From assembly GCA_052055015.1 (NCBI GenBank), contig JBQJIT010000009.1: DNA of 64,000 nucleotides; one strand, 5' to 3'. Below are positions 13,381 to 25,827 of this stretch, one piece after another. The stretch is from Malassezia furfur (Eukaryota). How positions within the stretch are numbered: the first letter of the stretch is position 1; each line of letters starts with the position of its first letter. The notes beneath the pieces are model-generated. The model was not told the origin of the DNA. It searched no databases and saw nothing but the letters and a program-made list of their open reading frames with translations. Position numbers and translations under genes: made by a program.

Positions 13381-14112
13381 ATGGCCGAGTTGGATGCTGT
13401 GCCGCTTGTTGCGCCCAACGCGCCGGTCGTCGTGGCCGGCGGCACAGTGCTGGGCACACTCGCAGGTGGTATCGTGGGTATCACCACCGGCATCCTCACC
13501 AATCGGCCCGTGCCGCCGCCCGTGCTCGGCGTGCGGTTCGCCAAGGGATGGCTGGCCTTCTCGTTTGGCTTCTTTGGTACGTGCCTGACTCACCCAGCCA
13601 TCCGCGAGTACGCGGTGCGCCCCCTGCTGAACCGCAACATGCCCCAGCGCGAGGGGCCGCATATGCACAACCTACGTGCCACGTTCCTCGCCGGGGGTAC
13701 GATGGGCGCAGTCGCGGCGGCCTTTCTGCGCCGGCCGGTGGTGTCGGGCATTCTGACCATTGCGGGCCTGTGCACGGGCGTACAGCTGATCAGCAATGAG
13801 GTTATGTTCGCTGCCAACGTGGTATCCACCTACGGGCGAACCGAGCCACCGCAGGCTATCCCGGCGCCAGTGCCCACGAATGAGGTCCCCGCGGCGGCCG
13901 AGGCGCCCAGCGCTTCGCCCGAGCCAGTCTCGCGCAACGCGGTGTTGCGCTTCCTGGAGCGGCATGATATTGTCGTACCACTGTCGGACGACCAATACAA
14001 GGAACGGCTGTTGCAGCGCCGCAGCGAAATTGACCGCGAGCTCATCCTCCTCGACCAGGAGCTCGCACAGGAGCGGCGGCAACTCGAACTTTTGCAGAGC
14101 ACCGGTCGCTGA
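13381..14112 (+). CDS. Hypothetical multi-pass membrane protein (Gly-rich TMs, Tim17-like layout) with C-terminal coiled coil
   Basis: ATG 13381 in ccaccATGG context. Gly-rich hydrophobic helices. Predicted in-frame 21-nt intron at 13577-13597. Confidence 0.6.
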   Translation: MAELDAVPLVAPNAPVVVAGGTVLGTLAGGIVGITTGILTNRPVPPPVLGVRFAKGWLAFSFGFFGTCLTHPAIREYAVRPLLNRNMPQREGPHMHNLRATFLAGGTMGAVAAAFLRRPVVSGILTIAGLCTGVQLISNEVMFAANVVSTYGRTEPPQAIPAPVPTNEVPAAAEAPSASPEPVSRNAVLRFLERHDIVVPLSDDQYKERLLQRRSEIDRELILLDQELAQERRQLELLQSTGR

Positions 14113-14137
14113 ACGCCCTGATGCTTTGACTACGTTT

Positions 14138-15694
14138 CTATACCAGCAGCGGCGTGTCAATCACACTGTAGCCCACGGCAACGCCACCTTCGTTACTTTC
14201 GCGCGACTTGGTGCGCAGGAGGAAGCCGCCCGAGCGACTCTCGATCATGTTTTCGGGCGAGAAGAGCACCGTGCCGTAGATACCCAGCTCACTGACCGTG
14301 TCGCGCACAAGTTCGGCGTGCGCACTCGTCTGGCCTGCGCGCAGGAACAAATTGCCGCGGTCCGGCGGCGTGTTAATTAGGCTCATCAGGATGTAGGCCT
14401 CACACTCCTTGACGCCGTCCTCGCCGCGCGCCTCGCGTTCTTTGTCGCGCTTCTCCATCGCGTCAAGTGCAGGCGGAATATCTTCCTTGTAGATGTTATG
14501 CCCGCCGCCCTCGCGCTGCGGCTTGAGCACGTAGTTCTCTGGATGGGTACGTGCCAAGCGGTGCGCCTCCTTGCCGAGCTCCGTCTTGGGGTCCATAGGC
14601 CACATTTCGGCAAAAGAGAGGCGCATGATGTCTGCGTCGGAGCCAATGTATTTTTCGAGCACGCCCGGCTCGGCAAGCACCTGCTGTGCCTTTTTCGAGC
14701 CGACGAGCTGCAGCGCAATCGTAGGGCACTTGATCGCATGGCTGCGCTCGAGCATCAGGCGCGTGTCCCATGCAGTGTCGGTGTAGTCCTCGGGCGAATA
14801 GCCTGCACGGAAGTACACCGTGGACACCTCGACAGGCGCATGGCTCACAGGCGACTGAATCATGAGGATACGTTCGTTGCCGTGCAGCGAGGCCGTGCTC
14901 GCGAGCTGTTCAAACGTCGCGCGAATCACCGGCACGCCATGCTTCTCCATAAGCACCATCTCGATGGCACGCTGGTCAAATGTGTTGCGCTCGTTGCCCT
15001 GTACAATGAACAACACCACGGGCTTGAGGGTGCGCGTTTGGTTGCGCAGCTCCTCGATGTAGTGGTTGTGCGCATCGGCAAGGCCCGCTGCAAGCGTCTC
15101 GAGCGCCTGGTTGGCAGGCATGTTCTCCTTGACAAGCTCGGGGTGCAGTGCTTCGTAGCCGCCCTTGTTCAGTAGGAAGTGGTGCATGGCCGAAGCGCGC
15201 GTGCACAGCGGCCCGAACGACGCAGAGATGGTGTTGAACTCAACTTGCTTAAGCTCCATATCACCGCGGGGCGACATGTGCATCAGGTAGTCGGAGCGGA
15301 ATAAGCCGGACTGCGTCGTCTGCGACAGGCCCTCGTCGAGCACCGTGCGCCAGATGTGGTAGAGGCGTGCCTGGAAGTCGTCGACGTGCACCACCGAGTC
15401 CTCCATGATGGAGCGGATAAACTCACGGTCGAGTGCAAGCCGCGCATACAGCTTGTTGTACAGCGGCTGCAGCTCGACTGCCTTCTCGTATAGGCACCGC
15501 GAGAAGGGTGTCGGCAGCAGCGTCAGCGGCGCATGGATCGTCGTGTCCTGCGGAGGGACCTCGCCCTTCTTGGCTGGAAGCGCACGGTATACAATACCGT
15601 GTGACAGCGCATAGTCACGGGCGTCGCTCGTTACCGACGCGTTGCGCGCATCCTCAACGAGTTCTTGTGGGGGCCAAGGCGGGAGTGGGGACAT
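14138..15694 (-). CDS. GSH2: Glutathione synthetase (eukaryotic type)
   Basis: LFRSDY, KQVEFNTIS, VLKPQREGGGHN, SELGIYG and EGGVAVG motifs. Intronless. Confidence 0.96.
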   Translation of the reverse strand: MSPLPPWPPQELVEDARNASVTSDARDYALSHGIVYRALPAKKGEVPPQDTTIHAPLTLLPTPFSRCLYEKAVELQPLYNKLYARLALDREFIRSIMEDSVVHVDDFQARLYHIWRTVLDEGLSQTTQSGLFRSDYLMHMSPRGDMELKQVEFNTISASFGPLCTRASAMHHFLLNKGGYEALHPELVKENMPANQALETLAAGLADAHNHYIEELRNQTRTLKPVVLFIVQGNERNTFDQRAIEMVLMEKHGVPVIRATFEQLASTASLHGNERILMIQSPVSHAPVEVSTVYFRAGYSPEDYTDTAWDTRLMLERSHAIKCPTIALQLVGSKKAQQVLAEPGVLEKYIGSDADIMRLSFAEMWPMDPKTELGKEAHRLARTHPENYVLKPQREGGGHNIYKEDIPPALDAMEKRDKEREARGEDGVKECEAYILMSLINTPPDRGNLFLRAGQTSAHAELVRDTVSELGIYGTVLFSPENMIESRSGGFLLRTKSRESNEGGVAVGYSVIDTPLLV

Positions 15695-15737
15695 GGTGGA
15701 GAGGTGCCCGATGGCCCGATGGCCGACTACTTTCACA

Positions 15738-16943
15738 CTAGGTACGCAACACGGGCTGTTCGCGGAGCTCCCACCCGGCGCTGTTTGGGTCGTCCTCGAT
15801 GGGCTTTTCCTTCGATGGATCCGGACCCGTGTGCTTACGCTTGACGCGCATATTCATTCCAGAGTGGTTGCTGAAGATGAACTCGAGGATCACCATGGTC
15901 CACGACGTGTGGTAGGGCAGCACCGTATAAAACTCGGACGCGAGGCGGTGCAGCTCAGGCAGGCGCGTCCACGGCACCGACGGGAAGTCGTGGTGCTCGT
16001 TGTGGTATCCGACATTGTACAAGAGGATGTTAAGCGGGCCGTAGTAGCTCCAGGTCTCTTGCTCGATGTTGCTAAACATGTAGTGCTCGGCAATAAAGTG
16101 GCCCGCCACCGGGTGCAGCGACCCCGCAAAGAAGGAGCTCTCCAGGAGGTAGAGGAGCGGCGTCCACGACCGTCCCGCAGCCTCGTACAGCACCGCGTCA
16201 AAGACGAGCTGTGCACTGAGGTTCAGCAGGTGCCAGTTGGTAAGCCGCTGCACGCGCACGAAGCCGGGGCGCAGCGCGTAGAAAAGGAGCTGGAAGGTGG
16301 CAAAGAAAGCCTTGCCAAGCACGTTGTTAAGGCAGTACATCTCTAGACGCGTTGGCATGTCAGTGTCAATGCCATCCTCGCCGAGATGTTTGTGATGCTC
16401 AATGTGGTACGGCTTGAAGAGCATCGCATACGGAATGCCAATCGGCAGGTTGGCGATGATCGCCAGGATCCGGTTCGCCCGGATGCTCTTAAACGCAAGG
16501 TTGTGTGTGATTTCATGGATCGCAAGGAAGATGTGCTGGTTCGCGGTGCCTCCGATGATGTAGGCCGTGAGCAGGAAGCGCCAGTCGAGGGGGTGGATCT
16601 GGTAGGCATACATCGCCCACGCCAGGCCCAGCTGGAGCAGGACCACCGACATCACGACATACTTGGTCAGCGGCTCATGCCCCATGAGCTTCTTGACCTC
16701 TGGGTGTGCCTTGAGGATCGCCAAGCGCCGCGTGCGATGCGGCTCCTCGTTGAGCGCCCAAAGGAAATCGTCGTCAGGCAACGGCGCTTTGGCGATCGAG
16801 GGCATCCAGGGTTTCCCTGCGATCGGCGCAGATGGTGTGTACTTCGCGTTCGGCGCGGTCTCCTCCATGCCGCCGTACAGCGACCAGTCGACATGCACAC
16901 TGGGCGCGGCGCGCCGTTCCGACCCCTGTAGGAACCACTGCAT
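15738..16943 (-). CDS. DES1: Sphingolipid delta-4 desaturase
   Basis: EEPHRTRRLAILKAHP and histidine boxes HEITH, HIEHH, HNEHH. Start is 16943 or 16868. Confidence 0.94.
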   Translation of the reverse strand: MQWFLQGSERRAAPSVHVDWSLYGGMEETAPNAKYTPSAPIAGKPWMPSIAKAPLPDDDFLWALNEEPHRTRRLAILKAHPEVKKLMGHEPLTKYVVMSVVLLQLGLAWAMYAYQIHPLDWRFLLTAYIIGGTANQHIFLAIHEITHNLAFKSIRANRILAIIANLPIGIPYAMLFKPYHIEHHKHLGEDGIDTDMPTRLEMYCLNNVLGKAFFATFQLLFYALRPGFVRVQRLTNWHLLNLSAQLVFDAVLYEAAGRSWTPLLYLLESSFFAGSLHPVAGHFIAEHYMFSNIEQETWSYYGPLNILLYNVGYHNEHHDFPSVPWTRLPELHRLASEFYTVLPYHTSWTMVILEFIFSNHSGMNMRVKRKHTGPDPSKEKPIEDDPNSAGWELREQPVLRT

Positions 16944-16994
16944 GGTCGAACAGGTGCTGACTCAGCACCGTTGTGCGCCGTGCTGTGTGCCGCC

Positions 16995-17285
16995 ATGGGT
17001 GTGACGGAGGCGCTGGAGAGCGTGTGGGAAAGCGTGTTCCATGAGGGCGTCAACACGCCGACGCATCGGCTCATGAACATGGCCTTCTACGGACTGTTTA
17101 TCACGCTCACTGGCCTGCTGCTGGCGTCGGGTGGGAATGGGCATGTGCTCGCCTTCCTGGTGCTGTCCGTGTGCCTGTTTATGTCGGTCAACTGGTACGT
17201 GCTCCGCTCACTCAGGTTCATTGCCGAGCTTGAACAAGCCAAGAAGGCGCAAGACGCGCCGGAAAAGGCGGACAAGGCCGAGTAG
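16995..17285 (+). CDS. PKR1: V-ATPase assembly factor Pkr1-like ER membrane protein
   Basis: VWESVFHEGVN, two TMs, then SVNW|FIAELEQAK after removing the 21-nt intron at 17195-17215. Confidence 0.75.
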   Translation: MGVTEALESVWESVFHEGVNTPTHRLMNMAFYGLFITLTGLLLASGGNGHVLAFLVLSVCLFMSVNWYVLRSLRFIAELEQAKKAQDAPEKADKAE

Positions 17286-17406
17286 CACTGGCTGCCCCGA
17301 AGCAAGCGCCTCGCATTCGCCCCTGGGCGCGAGCCGCTGGCCATGCAGCGTGCAGCGTCGTCTCGTAGATACCCATACAGAAGCGGCAAAGAGAGCCTAT
17401 GCTCGA

Positions 17407-18936
17407 CTATGAGCCCGGCACACCGGGGGTCAGGTTATCCTTGGTGTGCTGGTCAGGGTAGGACCAGTTCTGCGGCATGGCCAGGTTCGGCACGCGCTGG
17501 TCAGCCATGCGACCGCCAAAGAGCACGCGGCCGTGCTCGGCCTGGTATTGCCGGATGCGCTCCTCGACCTCGGGGCGGAAGTGGCGCAGGAGACCCTGGA
17601 TGGGCCACGCGGCTGCGTCGGCAAGACCGCAGATGGTGTGACCCTCCATCTGCTTGGTGAGCTCCCAGATCATGTCGACCTCGCGGAGCACACCGCGGCC
17701 CTCCTGGAAGCGGGTCATCATGTTGCTGAGCCACGTCGTACCCTCACGGCAGGGCGTGCACTGCCCACAGCTTTCGTGCTGGTAGAACTTGGTGAGGCGC
17801 GAGATGGCCTTGATCAGGTCGGTGCTCTTGTCCATGACGGTCACCGCACCGGTACCGAGCGCGGTCTGGCAGTCCTTGAGCGAGTCAAAGTCCATCAGGG
17901 CCTCTTCGCAGACGTGCTTGGGAATCATCGGCGTCGAAGAACCGCCGGGAATGATGGCCTTTAGGTTGTCCCAGCCGCCACGGACACCACCGCAGTGGCG
18001 GTCAATGAGCTCGCGCAGCGGAATGCTCATCTCCTCCTCGACGACACACGGCTTGTTAACGTGACCGCTGATCGCAAACAGCTTCGTGCCGTGGTTCTTG
18101 GGCCGGCCAAAGTTGGCGAACCAAGAGGGGCCGCGACGGATGATGGTGGGCGCCACGGCGACGGTCTCGACGTTGGCGACGGTGGTCGGGCAACCGAACA
18201 CACCAATGTCAGCCGGGAACGGCGGCTTCAACCGGGGCTTTCCCTGCTTGCCCTCGAGCGACTCGATCAGCGCCGTCTCCTCGCCACAAATGTAGGCACC
18301 CGCGCCGCGGTGGACGTGGACATCGAGGTCATAACCCGAGCCGCACGCGTTCTTGCCGATGAGACCCGCCTGGTACGCCTCGTGGATGGCGATCTCGAGG
18401 TTCTTGGCCTCCTGCACAAACTCGCCGCGGATATAGATGTACGCCGTCTGCACACCCATCGCACGGCCAGCGACGAGACAGCCCTCGATAAGCTTGTGCG
18501 GGTCGTGGCGCATGATCTCGCGGTCCTTGCAGGTACCCGGCTCACCCTCGTCGGCATTGATCACCAAAAAGCGGGGGCGCGGGTCCTTTTCCCAGCCGGG
18601 CTTCAGCATGAAGCTCCACTTCAGGCCGGAGGGGAAGCCGGCGCCGCCGCGGCCGCGGATGCCCGACTCCTTCATCTGGTTAATAATAAAGTCATGGCCA
18701 CGCTCGATGATGTCGCGCGTCCTGTGCCAGTCGCCGCGCGCGAGCGCGCCCTTCAGACGAAAGTCGTGCTGGCCATACAGGTTCTGGAAAATACGGTCCT
18801 CGTCCTTCAGGCCGCCATGCACGCGGTTCGGCGTGTCGGCCACGGTAGCAAGGCCACGACGGGCACTCACACGCGCGCCGAAGCGGCACGAGGCAGCAGC
18901 AATGCCAGCGGCACGACTGGCAACGACCCTTTGCAT
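17407..18936 (-). CDS. NDUFV1: NADH:ubiquinone oxidoreductase 51 kDa (flavoprotein) subunit
   Basis: [42 protein letters not shown] and [12 protein letters not shown]. Presequence-like start [11 protein letters not shown]. Confidence 0.97.
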   Translation of the reverse strand: MQRVVASRAAGIAAASCRFGARVSARRGLATVADTPNRVHGGLKDEDRIFQNLYGQHDFRLKGALARGDWHRTRDIIERGHDFIINQMKESGIRGRGGAGFPSGLKWSFMLKPGWEKDPRPRFLVINADEGEPGTCKDREIMRHDPHKLIEGCLVAGRAMGVQTAYIYIRGEFVQEAKNLEIAIHEAYQAGLIGKNACGSGYDLDVHVHRGAGAYICGEETALIESLEGKQGKPRLKPPFPADIGVFGCPTTVANVETVAVAPTIIRRGPSWFANFGRPKNHGTKLFAISGHVNKPCVVEEEMSIPLRELIDRHCGGVRGGWDNLKAIIPGGSSTPMIPKHVCEEALMDFDSLKDCQTALGTGAVTVMDKSTDLIKAISRLTKFYQHESCGQCTPCREGTTWLSNMMTRFQEGRGVLREVDMIWELTKQMEGHTICGLADAAAWPIQGLLRHFRPEVEERIRQYQAEHGRVLFGGRMADQRVPNLAMPQNWSYPDQHTKDNLTPGVPGS

Positions 18937-19115
18937 CGTGAGAAGTAGTGGCTCGGGAAAGAGCGCGCCGTTGCGAATTAGCAAACAAACCGCTCGCCGG
19001 CCATGTGCTGCCCGACCGTGTGCCCAATGAGCGACGCGAAAATGCAAATGCAGAGAATTGCACCTTTCCCACCCGCCCGCGCCCGATGGCCGCAACGCAC
19101 CTCCACATTGCCACG

Positions 19116-20279
19116 ATGTCGGCGTGGAGCTTCGCTGGAAGAGTGGGTGCGGGCGCCGTACGTGCGCCGGTACTCGGTGTGCTGCGTCCGGGACTCGCGA
19201 GCATGCGTAGGCCGCAGAGCATCCAGGTGCATCTGGGTGCCGCAGGGCCGCTCGCAGCTGGATGGACCTCGTCGCCCGCACCGGGGCTCGGTGCGTGCGC
19301 CGTGCGCACCCTGGCGAACAAGCCCCAGCTACCTGTCACGGTGACCGAGTCGGAGGCGGATGACGAGCCGCTTGTGTACAATCGGCCACAGCAGCGCCGG
19401 CGCAAGCCATGGTATACGTCGCCCGTCGTGTACGTGCTGATGATTGTGCCTCTCTTCACCTTCTGGCTCGGGCGATGGCAGCTGCGCCGACTCCAATGGA
19501 AGCTCGACCTGATCGACGAGCTTGAGGCGAAGCTGAGCAGTGAGCCGCTGCGTCTGCCACGCAATATCAACCTTGAAGTGCTCGAAGAGTTTGCGTACCG
19601 ACTGGTGCGCATCCATGGCCGCTTTGATACCTCGCGTGTGCTGTTCCTCGGCCCTCGTGCGCGCGAGGGGGACCGTGGCTACGACATCGTGATGCCGTTT
19701 CAGCGTGACGGAGGCGGTCCTGACATCCTGGTCAACTGTGGCTTTGTCTCGAACGAGTTTGTCGAAGGCACTGGCATGGACAAGCGGCTCAAGAACCGCG
19801 TGCCCTACGAGGGCGATGTGACGCTCACGACGCTGCTGCCGCGCGTATACCCCCCCAGCCGCTTCGCGCTGCCCAACGAGCCGCACAACAACTTGTGGAT
19901 GCAGGTGAACCCTGCGCAGATGGCCGCGTGGCTCAACGAACAGGCGGGCATCGATCAGGCCACGAGCTCGGCGACGACGGCGAACGCCGCCTTTTCGCCG
20001 CGGCGCTGGTGGCCATTTGCGAAGCAGGAGGCTCCGCTTGCGCCCGCCGAAGCTTTCCGCCACGGCCACAGCGCGGTAGTGCCGGTGTACCTCGAGCAAG
20101 TCTTCGACGGGACGTTTAGCGAAGCCGGTGCACGCATGCGGCAAGGCATCCCCGTGGGCCGCCCGCCCAAGATCCAGCTGCGGAACCAGCACATGGAATA
20201 TGCTGTGACGTGGTTCACGATGTCGGGCATCAGTACGCTGATGTTTATCTACATGGTGAGCAAAGGCCGCGCGACGTGA
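19116..20279 (+). CDS. SHY1: SURF1/Shy1 cytochrome c oxidase assembly factor
   Basis: [27 protein letters not shown] and [13 protein letters not shown] motifs. Confidence 0.93.
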   Translation: MSAWSFAGRVGAGAVRAPVLGVLRPGLASMRRPQSIQVHLGAAGPLAAGWTSSPAPGLGACAVRTLANKPQLPVTVTESEADDEPLVYNRPQQRRRKPWYTSPVVYVLMIVPLFTFWLGRWQLRRLQWKLDLIDELEAKLSSEPLRLPRNINLEVLEEFAYRLVRIHGRFDTSRVLFLGPRAREGDRGYDIVMPFQRDGGGPDILVNCGFVSNEFVEGTGMDKRLKNRVPYEGDVTLTTLLPRVYPPSRFALPNEPHNNLWMQVNPAQMAAWLNEQAGIDQATSSATTANAAFSPRRWWPFAKQEAPLAPAEAFRHGHSAVVPVYLEQVFDGTFSEAGARMRQGIPVGRPPKIQLRNQHMEYAVTWFTMSGISTLMFIYMVSKGRAT

Positions 20280-20281
20280 GT

Positions 20282-22931
20282 CTACTTGCGCGACTTGCTG
20301 CTGCGCCCTTCGTCCGTCTTGGGCCGGCGGAAGCACAGAAACTCGAGCGCGGTCGCCTTGCGGCTCGCGATCAGCGTTTGCTTCACCGCCTCGAGCTCGG
20401 CGGGAAGCAGTGCGTCCTGCTCGCCGCCGCCGCCGCTCGTACTTGTGTAGCGCTGGCTGATGGTCTCGTAGACGCGCTTGAGCGACTGCTCGGCGCTGGG
20501 CGATACGTGGAACGACATTGTCTGGTGCACAAACTCGATTTCGAGTGTCGCCTGGAGCATGCCGCCCTTGTTGTACACCGGCACGCGGCCGTACGCGCTG
20601 AGCGCCGCGTCCGCCATGATCTCGACCAAGGCCGAGATGACGCGCGACACGAGCGGCGGCACCGTCGCTCGGATCTGCGCGTGGACCTCGACGAGGAGCA
20701 GCAGCGCCTGGTACACGAATGCGTGCACACACGTGGGCTTGTCGTGGTGCGCCCAGTCAATGCCGCCCTCAAGGATGCCGCGGTGCAGCACGGCAGAGAC
20801 AGCGTCGCCCTTGCGTTGCACAAAGTCGTGCAGCAGCTCCTTGTCGAGCTTGGCACAGACGTTGACAAGTTGCTGCGTGAGTGCGCCACGTACCTGCTGT
20901 TCGTCGACGAGCGACACGTGGTAGGCCTCCTCGAACTGCTTCACCCATGCGCCGATGATGTGCGTGCGCAGGTGCGACAGATTCGACACACTCAGCAGAA
21001 TGCGCGTGTCCTGTGTCAGAGGGGGTACGTACGCGGTCGGGGGCGGTGGGCGGAGCGGCAGCGTCGACGGCGCGCGCTTCCCACGCGGCACCCGCATCGG
21101 GGGACAGTGCCGCGGCGACGATCCCCTCGAGGAACGCGTAGAGCGCCTGCACAAACGTCGTCTTGAGGCGTGCACTGAACGCCGCAAGCACCTGGGTGTC
21201 GTGTGCTGACGGCGTCCCCTGCATGCGTGCGCGGCCATCGGCAATGTAAAAGCCCTCGCGCGCGTTCCACCGGTTAAACACGCTGAGCGAGAAAAGGTAG
21301 GACGTGATCGCCGGCTGCTGCGAGTTGGGCGACCAGGTCTCAAGGTGGTGGCACAGGCGCGTGTCGCGCAGCCACAGGCAGCACAGCACCTCGGTGAACT
21401 GGAAGCGCACGTCGAGCACGAGCGCCTCGAGGCGCTGTGTCACGCCGGGAATCGCGAGCGTCTTGAACTCGGCGAGTGTGTCGGTGAGCGAGCCGAGGAT
21501 GCTGCTTAGGTAGTGCGTGGTGCTCAGCGAGCACGACGGATCGGGCACCCACGGGGGCAGGGTTGCAAACAGCGGCTCCTGTGCGCGTGCCGCAAACGGC
21601 GCGAGGCCAAAAAAGGCGTACAGCCGCGTGGTGAACTGGGCCATGCTGTCGGCAGCCCACTGTTGCGCCTGCTGGTGCACGGCCGTGTCGGCGCGGGGCG
21701 CGACCTTGGCGAGGCGCCCCTCGGCGTAGTCGCGTGCGATGCGCCAAAACGTCGGCACGGACTGCACGACGGTGCTGCAGAGCGTCGCGACCATGTGGTC
21801 GATCGCCTCCCAGACGGGTGCATGCAGCGCGCGCGAAAACGACGGCTTGGTGCCGTAGGCGGTGCGCACGAGCGTCAGACACTGGCTCAAGTCGCGCGCC
21901 TGCTCGGCGGTGGTGCGGCCCGTGTGGTCGGCGGTGAGGCGTGCGGCATCGATCGCGCCCTGCTCGCGCTCAAACGCCGCGCGCAGACGCGACTGGATGT
22001 GCTCGTGCTGCGACGCCAAGAACACCGCCACTGGATCCGTCGCAGGGTCCAGCTCGAGGAGCACCTCGATGCACTTTTCCTGCTCCTCGACGCTGTGCTG
22101 TGGCTCGCGCAGGTGGGCGAGGAGGCGCTTCTGCATGTAGTACATGGCGTCCTCCACAGCATCCCACACCTTGGCAAAGATACGGCGCTGCTGCACGAGC
22201 TGCGCCTCGCTCGGTGCTCCGGCCGCGCCCGTGTCCTGCACGGGGAGGAGCTGCCCAGGTCGGCTCTCGAGCAGGTACTTGCCCTTTTTGTAGTCGCGCA
22301 GCGCCGCCTCGTAGTGCCCTGCGCGGATGTTTTCGTTGAGCGAGCCGGGGAGATTGAAGAAGAAGTGCGAGCGCTGGAACACGCCGAGCGTGTTGCGCAG
22401 CTTCATCACCTTGACGTAGTTTTCTAGCACCGGGCGAAACACATGGTCTGCGCGCGCGTTGGCCTGCTGCAACGGCTCGCGCAGCGGCGCCACGCCCAGG
22501 TCCGCACCGGGCGCAAGGGGGCCGCCGGGAAGCGCCATCTCGCGGAAGACGCCGTCGGTGGTCGCCTTGACGCTCACGAAGCGGTCAAAGTTCTCGTCAA
22601 CCAGCACCTTGAGCGCCTCGGAACGCTGCGAGATACTCGTCTTGAGCTGCTGTGCACCACGCGACAGGTCCGCGAACGAGGCATTGGGGTGCACCGTGTT
22701 CAGGAACGCCTTCGCGTCAAACGCCTTGCTCCCGATAGAGATCTGCGGCCGTTGCGACGGCTCGACGCGGCCGACAGGCAGCGTGGCGCGAAGGCCGAGC
22801 GGGTCGTGCCACTCTTCGCCGCTGCCGTCACCGCCGTGCGGCACATCGCCCGTCGTCTGCCACTGCTGGGGGTTGAGCGTCGGCAGCTGGTACGCCTGCA
22901 GCAACTCCGCCTCCTCCACGCGGGCGGCCAT
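20282..22931 (-). CDS. SEC5: Exocyst complex component Sec5
   Basis: FDAKAFLNTVHP..LKVLVDENFDRFVSVK and GGMLQATLEIEF. Introns 21011-21032 (22 nt) and 20873-20893 (21 nt). Confidence 0.9.
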
Positions 22932-22981
22932 GGTCGCACGGGCGGACAGATGAGGCCACGTGGCACACTACGGGGACGCTC

Positions 22982-24587
22982 CTACTCATGGGCACGCACG
23001 ACGAGACCCGCGCGCTGGATGGCCCACTCCTTCTCGACGAGGTGCGACACCTTTTCGACGGTGCGCAGCAGCTTGCCCATGTCGCTGCTCCATTGGTTGA
23101 GCACCTCGGCGTCAGACAGACGCGCCTCAAAGTCGATGAGTTTGGCGGGGCGGTCGATGCGCGCATGGATCGCGCGCTTCACCACGAGCTCCGCAAGCGC
23201 CTCCTCCGCCTCGGCAGGCGTCAGATCCAGCAGCTGCGCGAGCCGCTCCAGGCGGATCTTGGTGTAGTATTTCGCAATGACCTGGATGTTGTGCTCGACG
23301 ACGCGCGCATGCAGCGCCTTCCAGCGCGCATCCGCTTCGGCGCTTCCTGCAAAGATGGGCGTCGACTTCAGCAGGTCGCCGTACAGCGCCTCGATGCCTG
23401 GCCAGCGCATCAGCTCTGGCGTGGTGAAGCACTTGAGCAGGCTGCGGTGCTCGGGCACCGTGTCGAGGCGCTCCATCGTCTCGACGCGGCTCATCAGGTC
23501 GCTCTGCTCGTTGTCGTACGGCGCAAGGATCAAGAAGAGGATCACGTTGCGCAGCGTGTCGGCCGTCTTTTCCGCGTCGGCGCGCACCGATGGCGTGTTG
23601 AGCACCTCGCGGTAATACTTGCTTACTTCGAGGTGTTTGCCATCGTGCATCCCTGCGCGGATCATTAGCTCGTAGTAGCGCAGCTTGAGGTCCTGCTGCG
23701 CCTCGTCCTCAAAGAACTTGGTATTGATCTTGCGGCTGAACATGTTGACGCGGTGGAAGTCGCCGCGCTCCATGTTGAGGCGCATCTGCTCAAGAATGAA
23801 CTCGACCTTTTCGCGACGCTCCAGCGAGCCAAACGTCTCCACCGCGAGGTCCTGCAAGATGTCTGCAGCACGGTTCACGTCGCCCTTGGCGTACAGCAGA
23901 TCGGACATCATGCGGCTCACCCGCGCACGTTCCACCTCGACAAACACCTTGCCCTCGGTGACCTCGCGCAGCGTCTCAATCAGCTTGAGCCGCATGTCCT
24001 CCGACAGGCCCGTGTCGCCAATCGCGCGCGCCTGTTGCATCAGCGCCGTAATGCGCCCGTCCTCTCGGCCGGCCTTGTCGTCGTCCTCGGCGCCCGCCTT
24101 CGGGCGCGTGGCGTCGGCGGGCTTTTCGTCCGTATCCATCGCCTCGCCCTCGGCGGGCTTCTTTTCCTCGTCATCAAACGCATCCTTGTCGACAAGCGCA
24201 AAGATGGACGCCGGGACACGCGCGTCCGCGGGCTGCGCCGGCTGCAGGAACAGCATCGCGAGCTGGACCATGCGTGTGATGGCCTGCTTGAGCTGCCCGT
24301 GCTTCTTGGCATATGCGTGGATGGTCTCATCCAAAAGCTGGACGTCGGTGTGCTGCACATCCGGCGTCGTGCGGATCATGAGCAGGCTCACGAGGAGCAG
24401 ACGCGTGGTGCTCAGCAGGTCGGCACCCTGGGTCAGTCGTTGCGGGACGTACCGAGCGCGCGCGCTTCTCGAGCGGCGCGACGAGCTCAAGCGCACTCTG
24501 CATCGAGCCGGTGCGCACCGCCTGCTCCAACTGCGGGAGCAGCGTGTCGACCTCAGCCGTGTAGTCCGCCTCCTGCTTCTCGCTCAT
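22982..24587 (-). CDS. RPN5: 26S proteasome lid subunit Rpn5
   Basis: KKHGQLKQAI, VTEGKVFVEVERAR and VVEHNIQVIAKYY (PCI domain). 25-nt intron at 24428-24452. Confidence 0.95.
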
Positions 24588-24619
24588 GGCGGTCGGGGGC
24601 GGCGCTGCGCAAGCGTTGT

Positions 24620-24628
24620 GTCACGTGA
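24620..24628. promoter_or_regulatory. GTCACGTGA E-box (Cbf1-type bHLH site) in the 75-bp RPN5/ADO1 bidirectional promoter
   Basis: Matches the RTCACGTG consensus. One of 13 intergenic CACGTG copies in the window. Confidence 0.55.
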
Positions 24629-24662
24629 TGCCAGCGCACGTTCCTTCCCCCACTCTGCCACG

Positions 24663-25723
24663 ATGGTCGACCCGAAGACGCTCAAGCTCGTTGCGATGGG
24701 CAACCCGCTGCTCGACATGCAGATCCGCGACGGCGAGGAAGTGCTCAAGAAGTACGGCCTGAAGTCGAATGACGCGGTGCTTGCGAACGAGCAGCAACTT
24801 TCGATCTACCAGTACATCGTGGAGAACTACCAGGTGACCTACGTCGCCGGTGGTGCCGCGCAGAACACGGCGCGCGCCGTGCAGTACGTGCTCCCGGAGC
24901 ACTCCACGGCCTACCTTGGGTGTGTCGGCAAGGACGACCTCGCGCAGCAGCTGCGTGCCGCCAACGACCGCGAGGGCCTCGAGTCGCTCTACCAGGTGAA
25001 CGACGCTGTGCCCACCGGCTCGTGCGCCGTGGTGATCACCGGCCATGACCGCTCGCTCTGCACCAACCTGGGTGCTGCGGAAAAGTTTGACAAGACGCAC
25101 CTCGAGACGCCCGACGTCAAGGCTGCGATCGAGGCCGCGCCCTACTTCTACCTCGGCGGCTTCTTCTTGACGCACGGCGTGGAGAGCGCGCTGGTGCTTG
25201 CCAAGCACGCCAAGGAGGCCGGCAAGATGTTCTCGTTCAACCTCTCGGCCCCCTTCATCCCACAGTTCTTCAAGGCGCAGGTCGACGCGGTGATGCCCTA
25301 CGCCGAGCTCGTGATCGGCAACGAGTCCGAGGCCGAGGCGTGGGCGCAGGCGTCCAACCTCGAGACGCGCGACCTCGGTGAGATCGCGCAGGCGATTGCC
25401 AACCAGCCTTCGGTGATCGACAAGCCGCGCACCGTGCTCATTACGCACGGCAGCGAGGCGACGATCCGCGCGGTGCAGAACGTCTCGCAGACCTTTACGC
25501 ACCCCACGCCCAAGGTCGACGACATTGTCGACAGCAACGGTGCCGGCGACGCATTCGCCGGCGGCGTGCTCGCGGGTCTGATCCTCGGCAAGCCGATCGA
25601 GCAGGCGGTCGACATCGGCCACCGCCTCGGCGGCATGTGCATCGGCCAGGTCGGCCCCGTGCTCAAGTTCCGTACGTACCCTGCCCCGCCTACTGACCCG
25701 CAGCCAAGGAGTCGGTCGTGTAA
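24663..25723 (+). CDS. ADO1: Adenosine kinase
   Basis: MGNPLLD, AGGAAQNTAR and DSNGAGDAFAGG (PfkB family). A 32-nt intron at 25672-25703 gives FPKESVV-stop. Confidence 0.95.
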
Positions 25724-25827
25724 GCGCGCGCGTCGCGCGCGGCGCGCCGCCGGGGCGTGTTCAACCACGTGGCCTCGGACCCTGTCGCGAAATCTCCCAT
25801 TGTTGGTCTATATAGTGGCTAACTTGC